Source: Planctomycetota bacterium (lineage in GTDB: Bacteria; Planctomycetota; Phycisphaerae; SM23-33). From it: 64,000 nt of DNA. Where the stretch lies: NCBI GenBank assembly GCA_022705325.1, contig JAKJER010000032.1, positions 3,152-67,151 on the forward strand. Reading direction: 5' to 3'. Every line of letters begins with the position of its first letter. The first letter of the stretch is position 1. Below the pieces are notes generated by a model. That model ran no database searches, was not told where the DNA came from, and saw only the letters and a program-made list of their open reading frames with translations. Of the stretch, positions 35,900 to 45,421 are shown piece by piece. A program made the translations under genes and the position numbers.

Positions 35900-37339
35900 T
35901 CAGCCCTCCAGCTTCCACCCGTTCTGGTAGTCGGGAGTGATGAGCTTGTTGGCGTCGGCGCTGTTGGCGAAGCGCATGTTGGGTCCGTCCCACTGGAGGT
36001 ATTGGCCCGTGCGGACGGCGATGCAGCCGAGCAGAACCAACTCGGTCAGCGGGACCGCGCAGTCGGGCCAGTGCTCGGAGGGCTTTTCCCCGCCGCGGAC
36101 GGCCTCGAACCACTCGCTGTAGATGCCGCCGCGGCGCTTGAGCGTGTTGGGCGGCAGGGTGAACGCCTTCATCTTCTCCTCGGGCAGGAGGCGCGGCACC
36201 TCGGACGTTCCGCTGGCCATCATCACGCCCTTGCTGCCGCGATAGAGAATGCCCGAGCCGGGCATCTTTCGGCCGGGCTCCAGTTCGACCGGGCGCGGAG
36301 GCTTGAGCCCGCCGTCGTACCAGGTGATCTGGACCGGCGGCAGGGTCCGTCCGTCCGCCTGGCGGGCGGGGAACTCGTAGGTGATGACCGACGCGAGCGG
36401 CCAGGACTCGTCCATGATCCGCGTGGAGGAGGCGGAGACCGCCGACGGATGCCCCAACGCCAGGGCGCGTCGCGGGGTGTTCCAGTGGTGGCAGCCCATG
36501 TCGCCCAGGGCGCCCGTGCCGAAGTCGTACCATCCGCGGAAGTTCCAGGGGTGGTAGACGGCCGGGTTGGCCTTGTGGCGGTTGACCTGGGCCAGCGTCA
36601 GCGAGCCGGCGGGCCAGGTCTTCACGAACGCCCGCTTGGGCGCGGGCCCCAGCCACAGGTCCCAGTCGAAGGTCTGGGGGACCGGGTCGCTGCCGGCCGG
36701 ACGGGTCATGCCGTGAGGCCAGAGCGGGCGGTCCGACCAGATGTGGACCTCGGTGACGTCGCCGATGATCCCGCCGGCGATAATCTCGCAGGTGCGGCAG
36801 CCCGACTCGGTCGACGCGGGCGAGGCGGTCATCTGGGTCATCGTGCCGGCCTTGACGGCTGCGGCGGCCAGGATGCGACCCTCGGCGATGGTGCGCGTGA
36901 GCGGCTTGACGGTGAGGACGTGCTTCTTGGCCTTCAGGGCGGCCAGCGAGATGAGGGCGTGCGTGTGGTCGGGCGTGCCGCAGTAGACGGCGTCGATCTT
37001 GTCGCCCTCGGCGGCCAGCATCTCGCGAAAGTCCCGGTAGCGGCGGGCCTGGGGGAACTTCTTGAAGGTCTTGTCCGCCAGGACCGAGTCCACGTCGCAG
37101 AGGACGCCCACGTGGAAGCCCGCGCCGGCGCACTGCTGGATCTGCCCGTGTCCGACGCCGCCGATCCCCACCCCCGCGACGACCGGGCGCTCGCTCGGCG
37201 CCGGCGCGCCGGGCGCCCCCAGGACGCTGCGCGGCACGATGCTGAAGGCCCCCAGTGCGGCGGCCGAGCCGAGCACGCGGCGGCGAGACAGTCTTTGCGA
37301 GAGAAGGACAGCGGCAGACGAAGAAGTACTCATTGTCAT
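35900..37339 (-). CDS. Tat-signal Gfo/Idh/MocA-family oxidoreductase
   Basis: Twin-arginine leader LSRRRVLGSAAALGAFS and Rossmann motif VAGVGIGGVGHG. ATG at 37339 follows GAGGAG. Confidence 0.8.
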   Translation of the reverse strand: MTMSTSSSAAVLLSQRLSRRRVLGSAAALGAFSIVPRSVLGAPGAPAPSERPVVAGVGIGGVGHGQIQQCAGAGFHVGVLCDVDSVLADKTFKKFPQARRYRDFREMLAAEGDKIDAVYCGTPDHTHALISLAALKAKKHVLTVKPLTRTIAEGRILAAAAVKAGTMTQMTASPASTESGCRTCEIIAGGIIGDVTEVHIWSDRPLWPHGMTRPAGSDPVPQTFDWDLWLGPAPKRAFVKTWPAGSLTLAQVNRHKANPAVYHPWNFRGWYDFGTGALGDMGCHHWNTPRRALALGHPSAVSASSTRIMDESWPLASVITYEFPARQADGRTLPPVQITWYDGGLKPPRPVELEPGRKMPGSGILYRGSKGVMMASGTSEVPRLLPEEKMKAFTLPPNTLKRRGGIYSEWFEAVRGGEKPSEHWPDCAVPLTELVLLGCIAVRTGQYLQWDGPNMRFANSADANKLITPDYQNGWKLEG

Positions 37340-37497
37340 GGCTCCTCGGCCGGTCTTGGGCCAGTTGCCAATTGTCATTAGGCCGTGGTTAGTTGTCAAC
37401 GGATCGGACACTGGGGGATTGACACGTTTGCCGGGCTGAGCTACCTTCATCGTCAGCAGGACTTCCTTGGCCCCGTGGGGGGCAGAGAGGCTGCACC

Positions 37498-39075
37498 ATG
37501 ATCATGTCGCGTCACTTCTTGGTCAGCGGCGCGGTCGGGCTTCTCGCTTGTTTGGCCTGCCCTGCCGCCGACGAGCTGCCTTCAGCGGATTCGGCCTGGG
37601 AACCGGCTGACCAGATGGAGTCGGCCTGGCGACGCGGGCTGGCGGATAGATCCAGCTTCGCGCCGATCATCGATTTCTATCGCCGCCTCGCCGGGGAGGG
37701 CAATTCCCTAGCCGAGCGTCGGCTGGGCCTGTGCTACCGGGACGGGCGGGGTGTCAAGCAGGACATGGGCGCGGCGCTGAAGCACCTGTCGGCGGCGGCC
37801 AGCCGGGGCGACAAGATCGCGTTGGTAGCCGCGTTCGAGGTCGCCTGTGACGAGGCGAAGCTAGGGGCTGCTCCTCCGGACTTCATGAGGCCGCTGGTCG
37901 ACCCGCTTCGGGCCTTGTCCGCGAGCGGGCACGACCGCGCGACGGCCCTGTACGCGGAGATCCTGCTCTACGGGCGCTGCGGGCTGGACGCGGACCCGGC
38001 CCGGGCCGTGGCGATGGTGCAGCCGCTGGGGTTTCGGGCCGAGCCCCGAGCGCTGTGTCTGCTGGGAACGTGCTGCTGCGAGGGCCTGGGCGTGGAACAA
38101 CTCCCCGAGCGGGGGATCGCCCTGCTGGAGGCGGCCGCCCAGTTGGGCTATCCGCCGGCGCTGGGGTGCATGGCCGAGCGGTATTTGAACGGAAAGGGTG
38201 TGCCCAAGGACGTGCGTGAGGGATTCGCCTTGGCCCGCCGCGGGGCGCTGCGGGAGGACCCGACGGCCATGTACTGGATGGGATACTGCCTGCTCATGGG
38301 CGAGGGGGTCAAGAAGGACATGGACAACGCGGTGGTCTGGCTGCGCCGGGCGGCGGAACGAGGGCAGCCGGACGCCATGACGCTCCTGGGGACCGCATAC
38401 ACCCATGGGGGGCTGCCCCAGACGCCGCCCCTTCCGGTCGAGGGCTTCCGCTGGATGTTGCGGGCGGCCGATCGGGGAGACGCCGACGCCCTGTACATGG
38501 CGGGGCAATGGCTGGAAGTCGGGCTGGGCACCGACGCAGACCCCGCCGAAGCGGTGAGTCGCTACAGGCAGGCCGCCAACTTGGCGAAGAGCAGTGCGCT
38601 GGTCGCGCTGGGGCGATGCACGCTGCTGGGCATTGGAACTCCGAGCGACCCGGCCAAGGCGCGGGTCCTGTTCAACCAAGCCGTCCAAGCCAAGCAGGCT
38701 GACGGCGCGGCCTGGCTGGCCTATATGACTGTCGAGGGCATCGGCACGAGGAAGGACTTGGCCGCCGGATTGAAGATGTATGCCCAAGCCGCCCAGGCCG
38801 GCAGCGCGGAGGCCCACTACCGGCTGTCGTGCCACTACCGCCAGGGCCAGGGCGTCCCGCGGAACGAGCAACTCGCCTTGAAACACATGGAAGAAGCCGC
38901 TACAGACTTGCTTCCCAAGGCCATGATGGACTTGGCCTTGATGTATGAGCAAGGCGTCGGAACCAAACCGAGTCGTGGTCTGGCACAGAACTGGATGAAA
39001 CTGGCCGCCGAGCACGGAGAGCCGAGGGCGGTCCGGCGAATGGAGCAACTCGCAGAAGACCAGCGTCCTCGGTAG
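37498..39075 (+). CDS. Exported Sel1-like repeat (SLR/TPR) protein
   Basis: Signal-like N-terminus. About ten repeats of the type A..LG.CY..G.GV.KD...A..W..KAA..G. Confidence 0.8.
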   Translation: MIMSRHFLVSGAVGLLACLACPAADELPSADSAWEPADQMESAWRRGLADRSSFAPIIDFYRRLAGEGNSLAERRLGLCYRDGRGVKQDMGAALKHLSAAASRGDKIALVAAFEVACDEAKLGAAPPDFMRPLVDPLRALSASGHDRATALYAEILLYGRCGLDADPARAVAMVQPLGFRAEPRALCLLGTCCCEGLGVEQLPERGIALLEAAAQLGYPPALGCMAERYLNGKGVPKDVREGFALARRGALREDPTAMYWMGYCLLMGEGVKKDMDNAVVWLRRAAERGQPDAMTLLGTAYTHGGLPQTPPLPVEGFRWMLRAADRGDADALYMAGQWLEVGLGTDADPAEAVSRYRQAANLAKSSALVALGRCTLLGIGTPSDPAKARVLFNQAVQAKQADGAAWLAYMTVEGIGTRKDLAAGLKMYAQAAQAGSAEAHYRLSCHYRQGQGVPRNEQLALKHMEEAATDLLPKAMMDLALMYEQGVGTKPSRGLAQNWMKLAAEHGEPRAVRRMEQLAEDQRPR

Positions 39076-39083
39076 ACGCGGCG

Positions 39084-41411
39084 TCAGGACCTCTTGGCCG
39101 GGCGGGAGGGAGGCGCGGCGGCGGATTTGGCCGACCAGGTGCCGCCATACGGGGTTTGGTTGGTCTTCTGGCCGGCCCGGCTGGTGAGGGTGCCGCTCCA
39201 CGTCCCGCCGAAGGCCCCGTTGCGGAAGGTTCCCGTGATGTCCGCCCGGAGGATCCAGACCAGGTCGAGCGCGACTTCGGGGTCCTTGCGAAAGTCCGTC
39301 GTGTGGTTGACGGTGGCCTTCATCTGCCCGGTGGCGGCATTGAAGGTCCCCGCCAGGGGTAACTGTCTCGTGCCGCCATCGAAGACGATGTAGCCCGTTA
39401 CTTTGTCGCCGGTCACTGAAAACTGTGTCGAGCCGCCTTTCCCGGAACCGGCGGTGTTGGTAAAACGCCCGCTGAACTTGCCCATCTCGTCGCCGAAAGG
39501 CAGTACCTCGACCTCGACGGAAGCCTGCTTGGTGAAATCAAACCGGAGAAACTCATTCTCGCCCAGATCGCGGGTCGAGCCGCAAGCGAAGCGGACCTTG
39601 ACGCTGGTATTGTACTTGCCCGGCTTCTGGACGCGGACGATCCACTGGCTCTCGCGGTTGCCTTCCTGTCCGACGGCGCTGAACGTGATCACCGTGGTGG
39701 CGTAGGGGCCCTTGCCGGCCAGCAGGCGGAGCAGTTCCCGCATTCGCCCCAGCGTTTCGCCCAGTTCCAGGCCGGGGAAGTCCACCTCCAACCCGACCCG
39801 CAGGGGCTTGCCGTCGGGAGGCATCTTGGCGGGGTTGGGGTCGTAGGCCATCACGCACCGCGCGTTGCGGATGGAATTGACCAGGCGGATATACTCCCGG
39901 CGATACTGGTCTCGCTTGGCCTGCCAGGCCTTCAGGATGGTCGGGTAGCAGCGGGCGAAGATGGCCTCGGCGGTCTTGAGGTCTCCTTTGCTGAGGGCCT
40001 CGCCGCCTTCGCGGTTGGCCGCCTCTTTGGCGCGGGATCGAACGTGCGCCTCCAGGTCGCGCTCTGTGTGGAAGTTCTCAACCAGGTCGTCCAGGGTGTA
40101 TTCCAACCGTGCCTCGCGCTCGAACCCCTTTTCCCGGCCTCGGGCCGTGTCGAGCCCGGCCATGAGGTCCCACGGGTCCTGTCCGCTGGCGGCCAGCACG
40201 CCGCCGGCAATCTTCGCCTCTTCGAGGCAAGCGTCAGTGATCTCGACCAGAAGACCCGCGGGCAGCAGGTTGTACAACTCCGGCAGGGCCTTGGCCAGGG
40301 CCTCGGGTATCGAGCGTTCCTGCGCGGTTGTGCGGGCATTAACAAGGATGATTCCCACGACCAAGCCATTGACGAGCTTCTCGACCGGCACCTTCTCGGC
40401 CGCCTCCGACAGCAGTTTGCCCAACTTCTCCTTGCCCCGAACGCCCTTGATGAGGGCGTCAAGGATCTCCCGCTGCACCGGGCCGGCGTCATCGAACCGC
40501 TTTAGGAGGGCGCCCTCCAGGCTGCTCCGCTTGAGCATCGACTCGATGAGCGCCTTGTTGCCCGCCACCGAGCCGTCCAGCTTGAGGTCGTTGATCAGGG
40601 AACGGATCTGGCGTCGAAAGGCCTCGTCAGGCCCCGTGCCCGCCAGTTCACGGGCCTTCAGCAGGTCCCGGTCGATTCGCTCCAGGTGCTTGATCAGGTC
40701 CCTGCGGTTGCCCTCGGCCAGGGCCTCGGCTGCATGCTCCACCCACCCCAGCGCGGTGTTACCCATCCCGCCGGCGGTAAACTTGGCCGGCTCCCCCTCC
40801 GCGTATATCAGGGTGGTCACGCCCGAGTATGCCTTCCCCCCCTGGCTGTAGAACAGCCGGCCCTTGATCGTCTCGTAATGCTGCGTCCAAGCCTGCGAGC
40901 CCTTGCCCCACAGCCCTTCGGTGTACTTGGCTGCCACCTTCTCCGTGACCTGCCCTTCCTGCAGAAGGTTGGGGACGGTATTGTACCGCTTGAAGGTTCG
41001 CGCGGCGTCGGCGGAATCCTCGATGAGGTTCTTGATCTGCGAAGGCGGGTACAGGTTGGTCTTGCCGAGGATCTTGTCGGCCTGGGCCCCGAATTCCGCC
41101 TTGATCATCTTCCGCAACGTATCGCGGGCCTCTCGCCACACTTTGGCCGCCTCGTCCGGTTTCATCTCCGGCGGCACAAGCAGGCGAAGATCGTGATCGC
41201 TATGGCCCAGGACGTACTTCTTGTTCTCGATCCAACTGCCCAGCCCGACGATCGAATGCCCCTTCTTCGGGTCGGCCGCAAAGTCCTTGCACAGCTTCTG
41301 CAAGCGGAGGGGCACAGACTCCTGGGCGCTGGAATATGCGGGCAAGACCAAACCCGCCGCCAATGCGATCGCGACCGTGACACCATGTTTCCCCCATCGC
41401 GCGGCTGCCAT
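39084..41411 (-). CDS. Exported 775-aa hypothetical protein with an N-terminal Pol-beta-type nucleotidyltransferase-like motif (weak call)
   Basis: ATG at 41411 lies 7 nt after GAGGAG. Signal-like MAAARWGKHGVTVAIALAAGLVLPAYSSA. The sequence IVGLGSWIENKKYVLGHSDHDLRLLV fits hG[GS]-x(9-13)-D-h-[DE]-h. The middle is long and helical. The C-terminus is beta-rich and Gly/Thr-rich with GxF/GxW repeats. Confidence 0.6.
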   Translation of the reverse strand: MAAARWGKHGVTVAIALAAGLVLPAYSSAQESVPLRLQKLCKDFAADPKKGHSIVGLGSWIENKKYVLGHSDHDLRLLVPPEMKPDEAAKVWREARDTLRKMIKAEFGAQADKILGKTNLYPPSQIKNLIEDSADAARTFKRYNTVPNLLQEGQVTEKVAAKYTEGLWGKGSQAWTQHYETIKGRLFYSQGGKAYSGVTTLIYAEGEPAKFTAGGMGNTALGWVEHAAEALAEGNRRDLIKHLERIDRDLLKARELAGTGPDEAFRRQIRSLINDLKLDGSVAGNKALIESMLKRSSLEGALLKRFDDAGPVQREILDALIKGVRGKEKLGKLLSEAAEKVPVEKLVNGLVVGIILVNARTTAQERSIPEALAKALPELYNLLPAGLLVEITDACLEEAKIAGGVLAASGQDPWDLMAGLDTARGREKGFEREARLEYTLDDLVENFHTERDLEAHVRSRAKEAANREGGEALSKGDLKTAEAIFARCYPTILKAWQAKRDQYRREYIRLVNSIRNARCVMAYDPNPAKMPPDGKPLRVGLEVDFPGLELGETLGRMRELLRLLAGKGPYATTVITFSAVGQEGNRESQWIVRVQKPGKYNTSVKVRFACGSTRDLGENEFLRFDFTKQASVEVEVLPFGDEMGKFSGRFTNTAGSGKGGSTQFSVTGDKVTGYIVFDGGTRQLPLAGTFNAATGQMKATVNHTTDFRKDPEVALDLVWILRADITGTFRNGAFGGTWSGTLTSRAGQKTNQTPYGGTWSAKSAAAPPSRPAKRS

Positions 41412-41557
41412 GTGAGGTCTCCTCGGAAGTGAAGGTCCCGTCTGGCGCGCCATCAGTATACCACCGCATGGGTCGCCAGGCCAGAATCAAGTCCGTCTGG
41501 AAATTCACCCTGCTCGCCAGTAGACTGATCTGTTCTATCGCGGAAAGAGGAACGCCT

Positions 41558-43129
41558 ATGGCCATCCGGGTGTACAACACGCTAAGCCATGACAAGGAAG
41601 ACTTCCAGCCGGTCGTGCCGGGACGGGTGGGCATCTACCTGTGCGGGCCGACGGTCTACAAGCCCTCGCACATCGGGCACGCGGTCGGGCCGATCATCTT
41701 CGACGCCATCAAGCGATACCTCCAGTTCCGCGGCTACGACGTGACGTGGGTGGTCAACGTCACCGACGTCGACGACAAGATCATCGTCGAGGCCGCCAAC
41801 CAGGGGCGGACCATGCTGGAGATCGCCCGCGAGATCGAGGCCAACTACAAGGAGTGCCTGGCCGAGCTGGGCGTGCGGACGATCGACCACTGGCCGCGGG
41901 CCACCGAGTGCATCGGCGACATCGTCGCCCTGGTGCAGCGCCTGGTGAACAGGGGCGCCGCCTATGTGACCGACGGCGACGTGTACTTCGACCATACGCA
42001 GGCGGCCGACTACGGCAAGCTGTCCGGCCGGCGCGTGGAAGAGAGCCTGGCCGGCACGCGCGAGATCGCGGGCCAGGAGGCGCGGCGCCACCCGGCGGAC
42101 TTCGCCCTGTGGAAGGCGTCCAAGCCGGGCGAGCCCGCGTGGGATTCGCCCTGGGGCCCGGGCCGGCCCGGCTGGCACATCGAGTGCTCGGCCATGTCCA
42201 TCAAGCTGCTGGGCGAGACGTTCGACATCCACGGCGGGGGGATGGACCTGATCTTCCCGCACCACGAGAACGAGATCGCCCAGAGCGAGACGGCCACCGG
42301 CAAGTGCTTCGCCAAATACTGGATGCACAACGGCCTGACGCGGATCAAGACCAAGCTGGCCGGCGGCGAGGCCAAGGCCGAGAAGATGTCCAAGAGCCTG
42401 GGCAACATCCGCACGATCAGCTCGCTGCTGGAGCAGTACAGCGGCGAGACGATCCGCTACTTCGTGCTCTCGACGCACTATCGACGCCCGCTGGACTTCT
42501 CCGACGAGCAGCTTGAAGCCAGCGGCCGGGCCCTGGAGAACTTCTACCGCGTCTTCGACGACCTGGCCCGCCTGGCCGGCTCGGACGTGTACGCGGCGCC
42601 CGTGATGCAGACCGAGCCGGGCAAGGACCTCCAGCCGGTGCTGGTGGGCATGCCGCCCGGGCTGGGCGGGCAGCTCGAGCAGGCCGGGGCGAGCGAGGCC
42701 GACGTGCACTTCGTCGGCGAGATCAAGAGCCTGCTGGGGCGGTTCTTCGACGCGATGGCCGACGACTTCAACACCGCCGGCGCCATCGCCGCCCTGCACG
42801 AGATGAACACGCTCATCGCCCGCTTTCTGGGCGACCACGAGGCCGAGCTGGCCGTCGGCGACGAGCGGGCGGGCCTGCTGCGTGAGCTGGCTGGCGGGGC
42901 CGGGCAGGCCCTCGTGACGGCGGGGCGAATCCTCGGCCTGTTCGAACAGCCGCCCAAGCGCCAGGCCGCCGGGCCCAGCGATGCCGAAATCCAGGCCCTG
43001 ATCGACGAACGGGCCGCGGCCAAGAAGGCCAGGAACTTCGCCCGGGCCGACGAGATCCGCTCCAGCCTTGCCGCCCAGGGCATCACGCTCGAAGACACCC
43101 CTCGCGGGACGATCTTCCGGCGGGCCTAG
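41558..43129 (+). CDS. cysS: Cysteine--tRNA ligase
   Basis: HIGH motif (PSHIGHAVG), KMSKS motif (KMSKSLGN) and Zn-ligand-region pattern. The start MAIRVYNTL follows AAGAGGA. Confidence 0.95.
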   Translation: MAIRVYNTLSHDKEDFQPVVPGRVGIYLCGPTVYKPSHIGHAVGPIIFDAIKRYLQFRGYDVTWVVNVTDVDDKIIVEAANQGRTMLEIAREIEANYKECLAELGVRTIDHWPRATECIGDIVALVQRLVNRGAAYVTDGDVYFDHTQAADYGKLSGRRVEESLAGTREIAGQEARRHPADFALWKASKPGEPAWDSPWGPGRPGWHIECSAMSIKLLGETFDIHGGGMDLIFPHHENEIAQSETATGKCFAKYWMHNGLTRIKTKLAGGEAKAEKMSKSLGNIRTISSLLEQYSGETIRYFVLSTHYRRPLDFSDEQLEASGRALENFYRVFDDLARLAGSDVYAAPVMQTEPGKDLQPVLVGMPPGLGGQLEQAGASEADVHFVGEIKSLLGRFFDAMADDFNTAGAIAALHEMNTLIARFLGDHEAELAVGDERAGLLRELAGGAGQALVTAGRILGLFEQPPKRQAAGPSDAEIQALIDERAAAKKARNFARADEIRSSLAAQGITLEDTPRGTIFRRA

Positions 43130-43174
43130 CCGACAATCATCAGTCGACAATCGACATTTCCCAGCCGGGATGAT

Positions 43175-43699
43175 ATGATGCCGCGCATGGCGCGGACAGG
43201 GACGTCCACATTTCGGGTGCTGGGCATCGACCCCGGGCTGCACATTACCGGCTACGGGGCCGTCGAGTTTGGACGGGGCGAGCCGGTGATCCTGGAGGCA
43301 GGCACGATGCGGACCACGCCCGAGGCCGACATGGCCGAGCGGATCAGCCAGATTCATGCGGACCTCTGCGACCTGCTGGGAGAGTTGCGTCCGGACCTGG
43401 TGGGCATCGAGCAGTTGTACGCTCACTACAAGCACCCGCGGACGGCGATCCTGATGGGTCACGCCCGCGGCGTGGTGCTGCTGGCCTGCCACAACGCGGG
43501 CATTGGCGTGCGGAACCTGCCGGCCACCCACGTGAAGAAGTCGCTCACGGGCAACGGGCACGCGACGAAGATGCAGATGCAGCGGGCCATCCAGGCCCTG
43601 TGCAAGCTCAAGACGCTGCCCGAGCCGCCCGACGTCGCCGACGCCCTCGCCATCGCCCTGTGCGCCGGCAGGACAGAGCTGGCGAGAACGCAGAATTGA
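43175..43699 (+). CDS. ruvC: Crossover junction endodeoxyribonuclease RuvC
   Basis: VLGIDPGLHITGYG ... VGIEQLY ... PPDVADALAIAL. It sits immediately upstream of ruvA-ruvB. The start could be any of the M codons at 43175-43187. Confidence 0.9.
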   Translation: MMPRMARTGTSTFRVLGIDPGLHITGYGAVEFGRGEPVILEAGTMRTTPEADMAERISQIHADLCDLLGELRPDLVGIEQLYAHYKHPRTAILMGHARGVVLLACHNAGIGVRNLPATHVKKSLTGNGHATKMQMQRAIQALCKLKTLPEPPDVADALAIALCAGRTELARTQN

Positions 43700-43721
43700 C
43701 CACTAACTACCGACTACCAAC

Positions 43722-44342
43722 ATGATCGCACGAATCGCGGGCAGAGTGGAAGAAGTGAACGAGGGCAGCGTCCTGGTGGACGTAGGCGGGGGCGTGTGGT
43801 ACGAGGTGCTCGTGCCGGTCTGCGAGGTCGAGCGGCTGGCCAAACGCGTCGGGCAGGACGTGGTCCTCTACACGATCCACTACCACGAGGGCGACCCGTC
43901 GCACGGGGCGGTCACGCCGCGGCTGCTGGGGTTCCTCAGCCCCTCCGACCGCGACTTCTTCCGCGTGTTCACCACCGTCAAGGGCGTCGGCATGCGCAAG
44001 GCCCTGCGGGCGATGGCCCGGCCGGTGGGGGAGTTGGCCGCCGCTATCCAGGCCAAGGACGTCCGTTTCCTCAAGGACCTGCCGGAGATCGGCCCGAAGA
44101 TGGCCGAGCGGATCGCGGCTGAGCTGTCGGGCCAGATGGACGAGTTCGCCGGGCCGGCGCCGGCAGCCGGCCCCGAGCTCAGCGAGGCAGCCGAGGAGGC
44201 CGTCCTGGTGCTGGTGCAGCTTGGCGAGCGCAGGCCCGACGCGATTGCCCTGGTCGAGCGGGTGCTGGCCGTCGCGCCGGACCTGACGGCTCCGGAAGCT
44301 ATCATTCAGCAAGCCTACAAGCTCAAAGCGGGGGGCATCTAG
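43722..44342 (+). CDS. ruvA: Holliday junction branch migration complex subunit RuvA
   Basis: MIARIAGRV ... LVDVGGGVWYEVLVP. HhH motifs (FFRVFTTVKGVGMRKA, LKDLPEIGPKMAERI). Confidence 0.9.
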   Translation: MIARIAGRVEEVNEGSVLVDVGGGVWYEVLVPVCEVERLAKRVGQDVVLYTIHYHEGDPSHGAVTPRLLGFLSPSDRDFFRVFTTVKGVGMRKALRAMARPVGELAAAIQAKDVRFLKDLPEIGPKMAERIAAELSGQMDEFAGPAPAAGPELSEAAEEAVLVLVQLGERRPDAIALVERVLAVAPDLTAPEAIIQQAYKLKAGGI

Positions 44343-44345
44343 AAC

Positions 44346-45398
44346 ATGGCTCGCGAAAAGATCATCAGCAAGGAATCGACCGGTCCGGAGGACGAGAAGT
44401 TCAACACGGCCCTGCGGCCGACGCGGCTGGAAGAGTGCATCGGCATGGGCGACCTGCTGGAGAAGCTGCGGATCTCCATCCAGGCGGCCCGCAAGCGCGA
44501 CGAGCCGATGGAACACGTGTTGCTGCACGGCCCGCCGGGCCTGGGCAAGACGACCCTGGCTTACGTGATCGCGCACGAGATGGGCACGAACATCCGCGTC
44601 ACGTCGGGTCCGGCCTTGACGCGCCCCGGCGACCTGATCGGCATTCTGACCAACCTCGAGCGCCGCGACGTGCTGTTCATCGACGAGATTCACCGCCTCA
44701 GCCCGGCTGTCGAGGAGTACATCTACCCGGCCATGGAGGACTACAAGGTGGACTTCGTGGTCGACAGTGGCATGCACAGCCGCACCATCAACCTGCCGCT
44801 CAAGCCCTTCACGTTGATCGGTGCGACCACGCGGGCGGGCCTGCTGAGCCCGCCGCTGCGGACGCGGTTCGGCATCACCCACCACCTGGAGTTCTGGTCG
44901 GTCGAGGACCTCCTCCACCGCTGCCGCATGAGCGCGACCATGCTGGGCCTGGAGTACGAGCCCAAGGCGCTGGCCGCCCTGGCCGGCCGGGCCCGCGGCA
45001 CGCCCCGCATCGCCAACCGCCTGCTCCGCCGCTGCCGAGACTACGCCCAGGTTCGCGGCGACGGCAGGCTCACCGTCGAGTCCGTCGAGCAGGCCCTCAA
45101 GCTGGAGAAGATCGACCATCTCGGCCTGGACGAACTGGACCGCCGCTTCCTCCGCGTGATCATCGACACGTACAAGGGCGGCCCCGTCGGCATCGAGACG
45201 GTGGCGGCCACCTTGGGCGAAGAGACGGACACGCTGGTGGACGTGGTCGAGCCCTTCCTGCTCCAGTGCGGGCTGCTGGCCCGCACGCGGCGCGGACGCC
45301 TGGCCACCGTCAAGGCCTACGAGCACCTCAAGATCACGTACGTTCCCCGCGCCGCCGACGACGCCAATCTTTTCGACGCCGCGGCGGGGGAGGAGTGA
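44346..45398 (+). CDS. ruvB: Holliday junction ATP-dependent DNA helicase RuvB
   Basis: LRPTRLEECIG, Walker A GPPGLGKTT, Walker B LFIDEIHRL, sensor RGTPRIANRLL. Confidence 0.95.
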   Translation: MAREKIISKESTGPEDEKFNTALRPTRLEECIGMGDLLEKLRISIQAARKRDEPMEHVLLHGPPGLGKTTLAYVIAHEMGTNIRVTSGPALTRPGDLIGILTNLERRDVLFIDEIHRLSPAVEEYIYPAMEDYKVDFVVDSGMHSRTINLPLKPFTLIGATTRAGLLSPPLRTRFGITHHLEFWSVEDLLHRCRMSATMLGLEYEPKALAALAGRARGTPRIANRLLRRCRDYAQVRGDGRLTVESVEQALKLEKIDHLGLDELDRRFLRVIIDTYKGGPVGIETVAATLGEETDTLVDVVEPFLLQCGLLARTRRGRLATVKAYEHLKITYVPRAADDANLFDAAAGEE

Positions 45399-45421
45399 TC
45401 GACACATCAAGCCTGCGGCGG

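Noticed and set aside
43707-43717. The 11-mer CTACCGACTAC occurs just upstream of both the ruvA ATG (43707-43717) and the probable valS ATG (63928-63938). This suggested a shared leader motif.
   Set aside because: In 64 kb, hundreds of chance 11-mer repeats are expected (about N^2/2 divided by 4^11). Distances to the start codons differ (4 versus 20 nt). There is no third copy at other gene starts.
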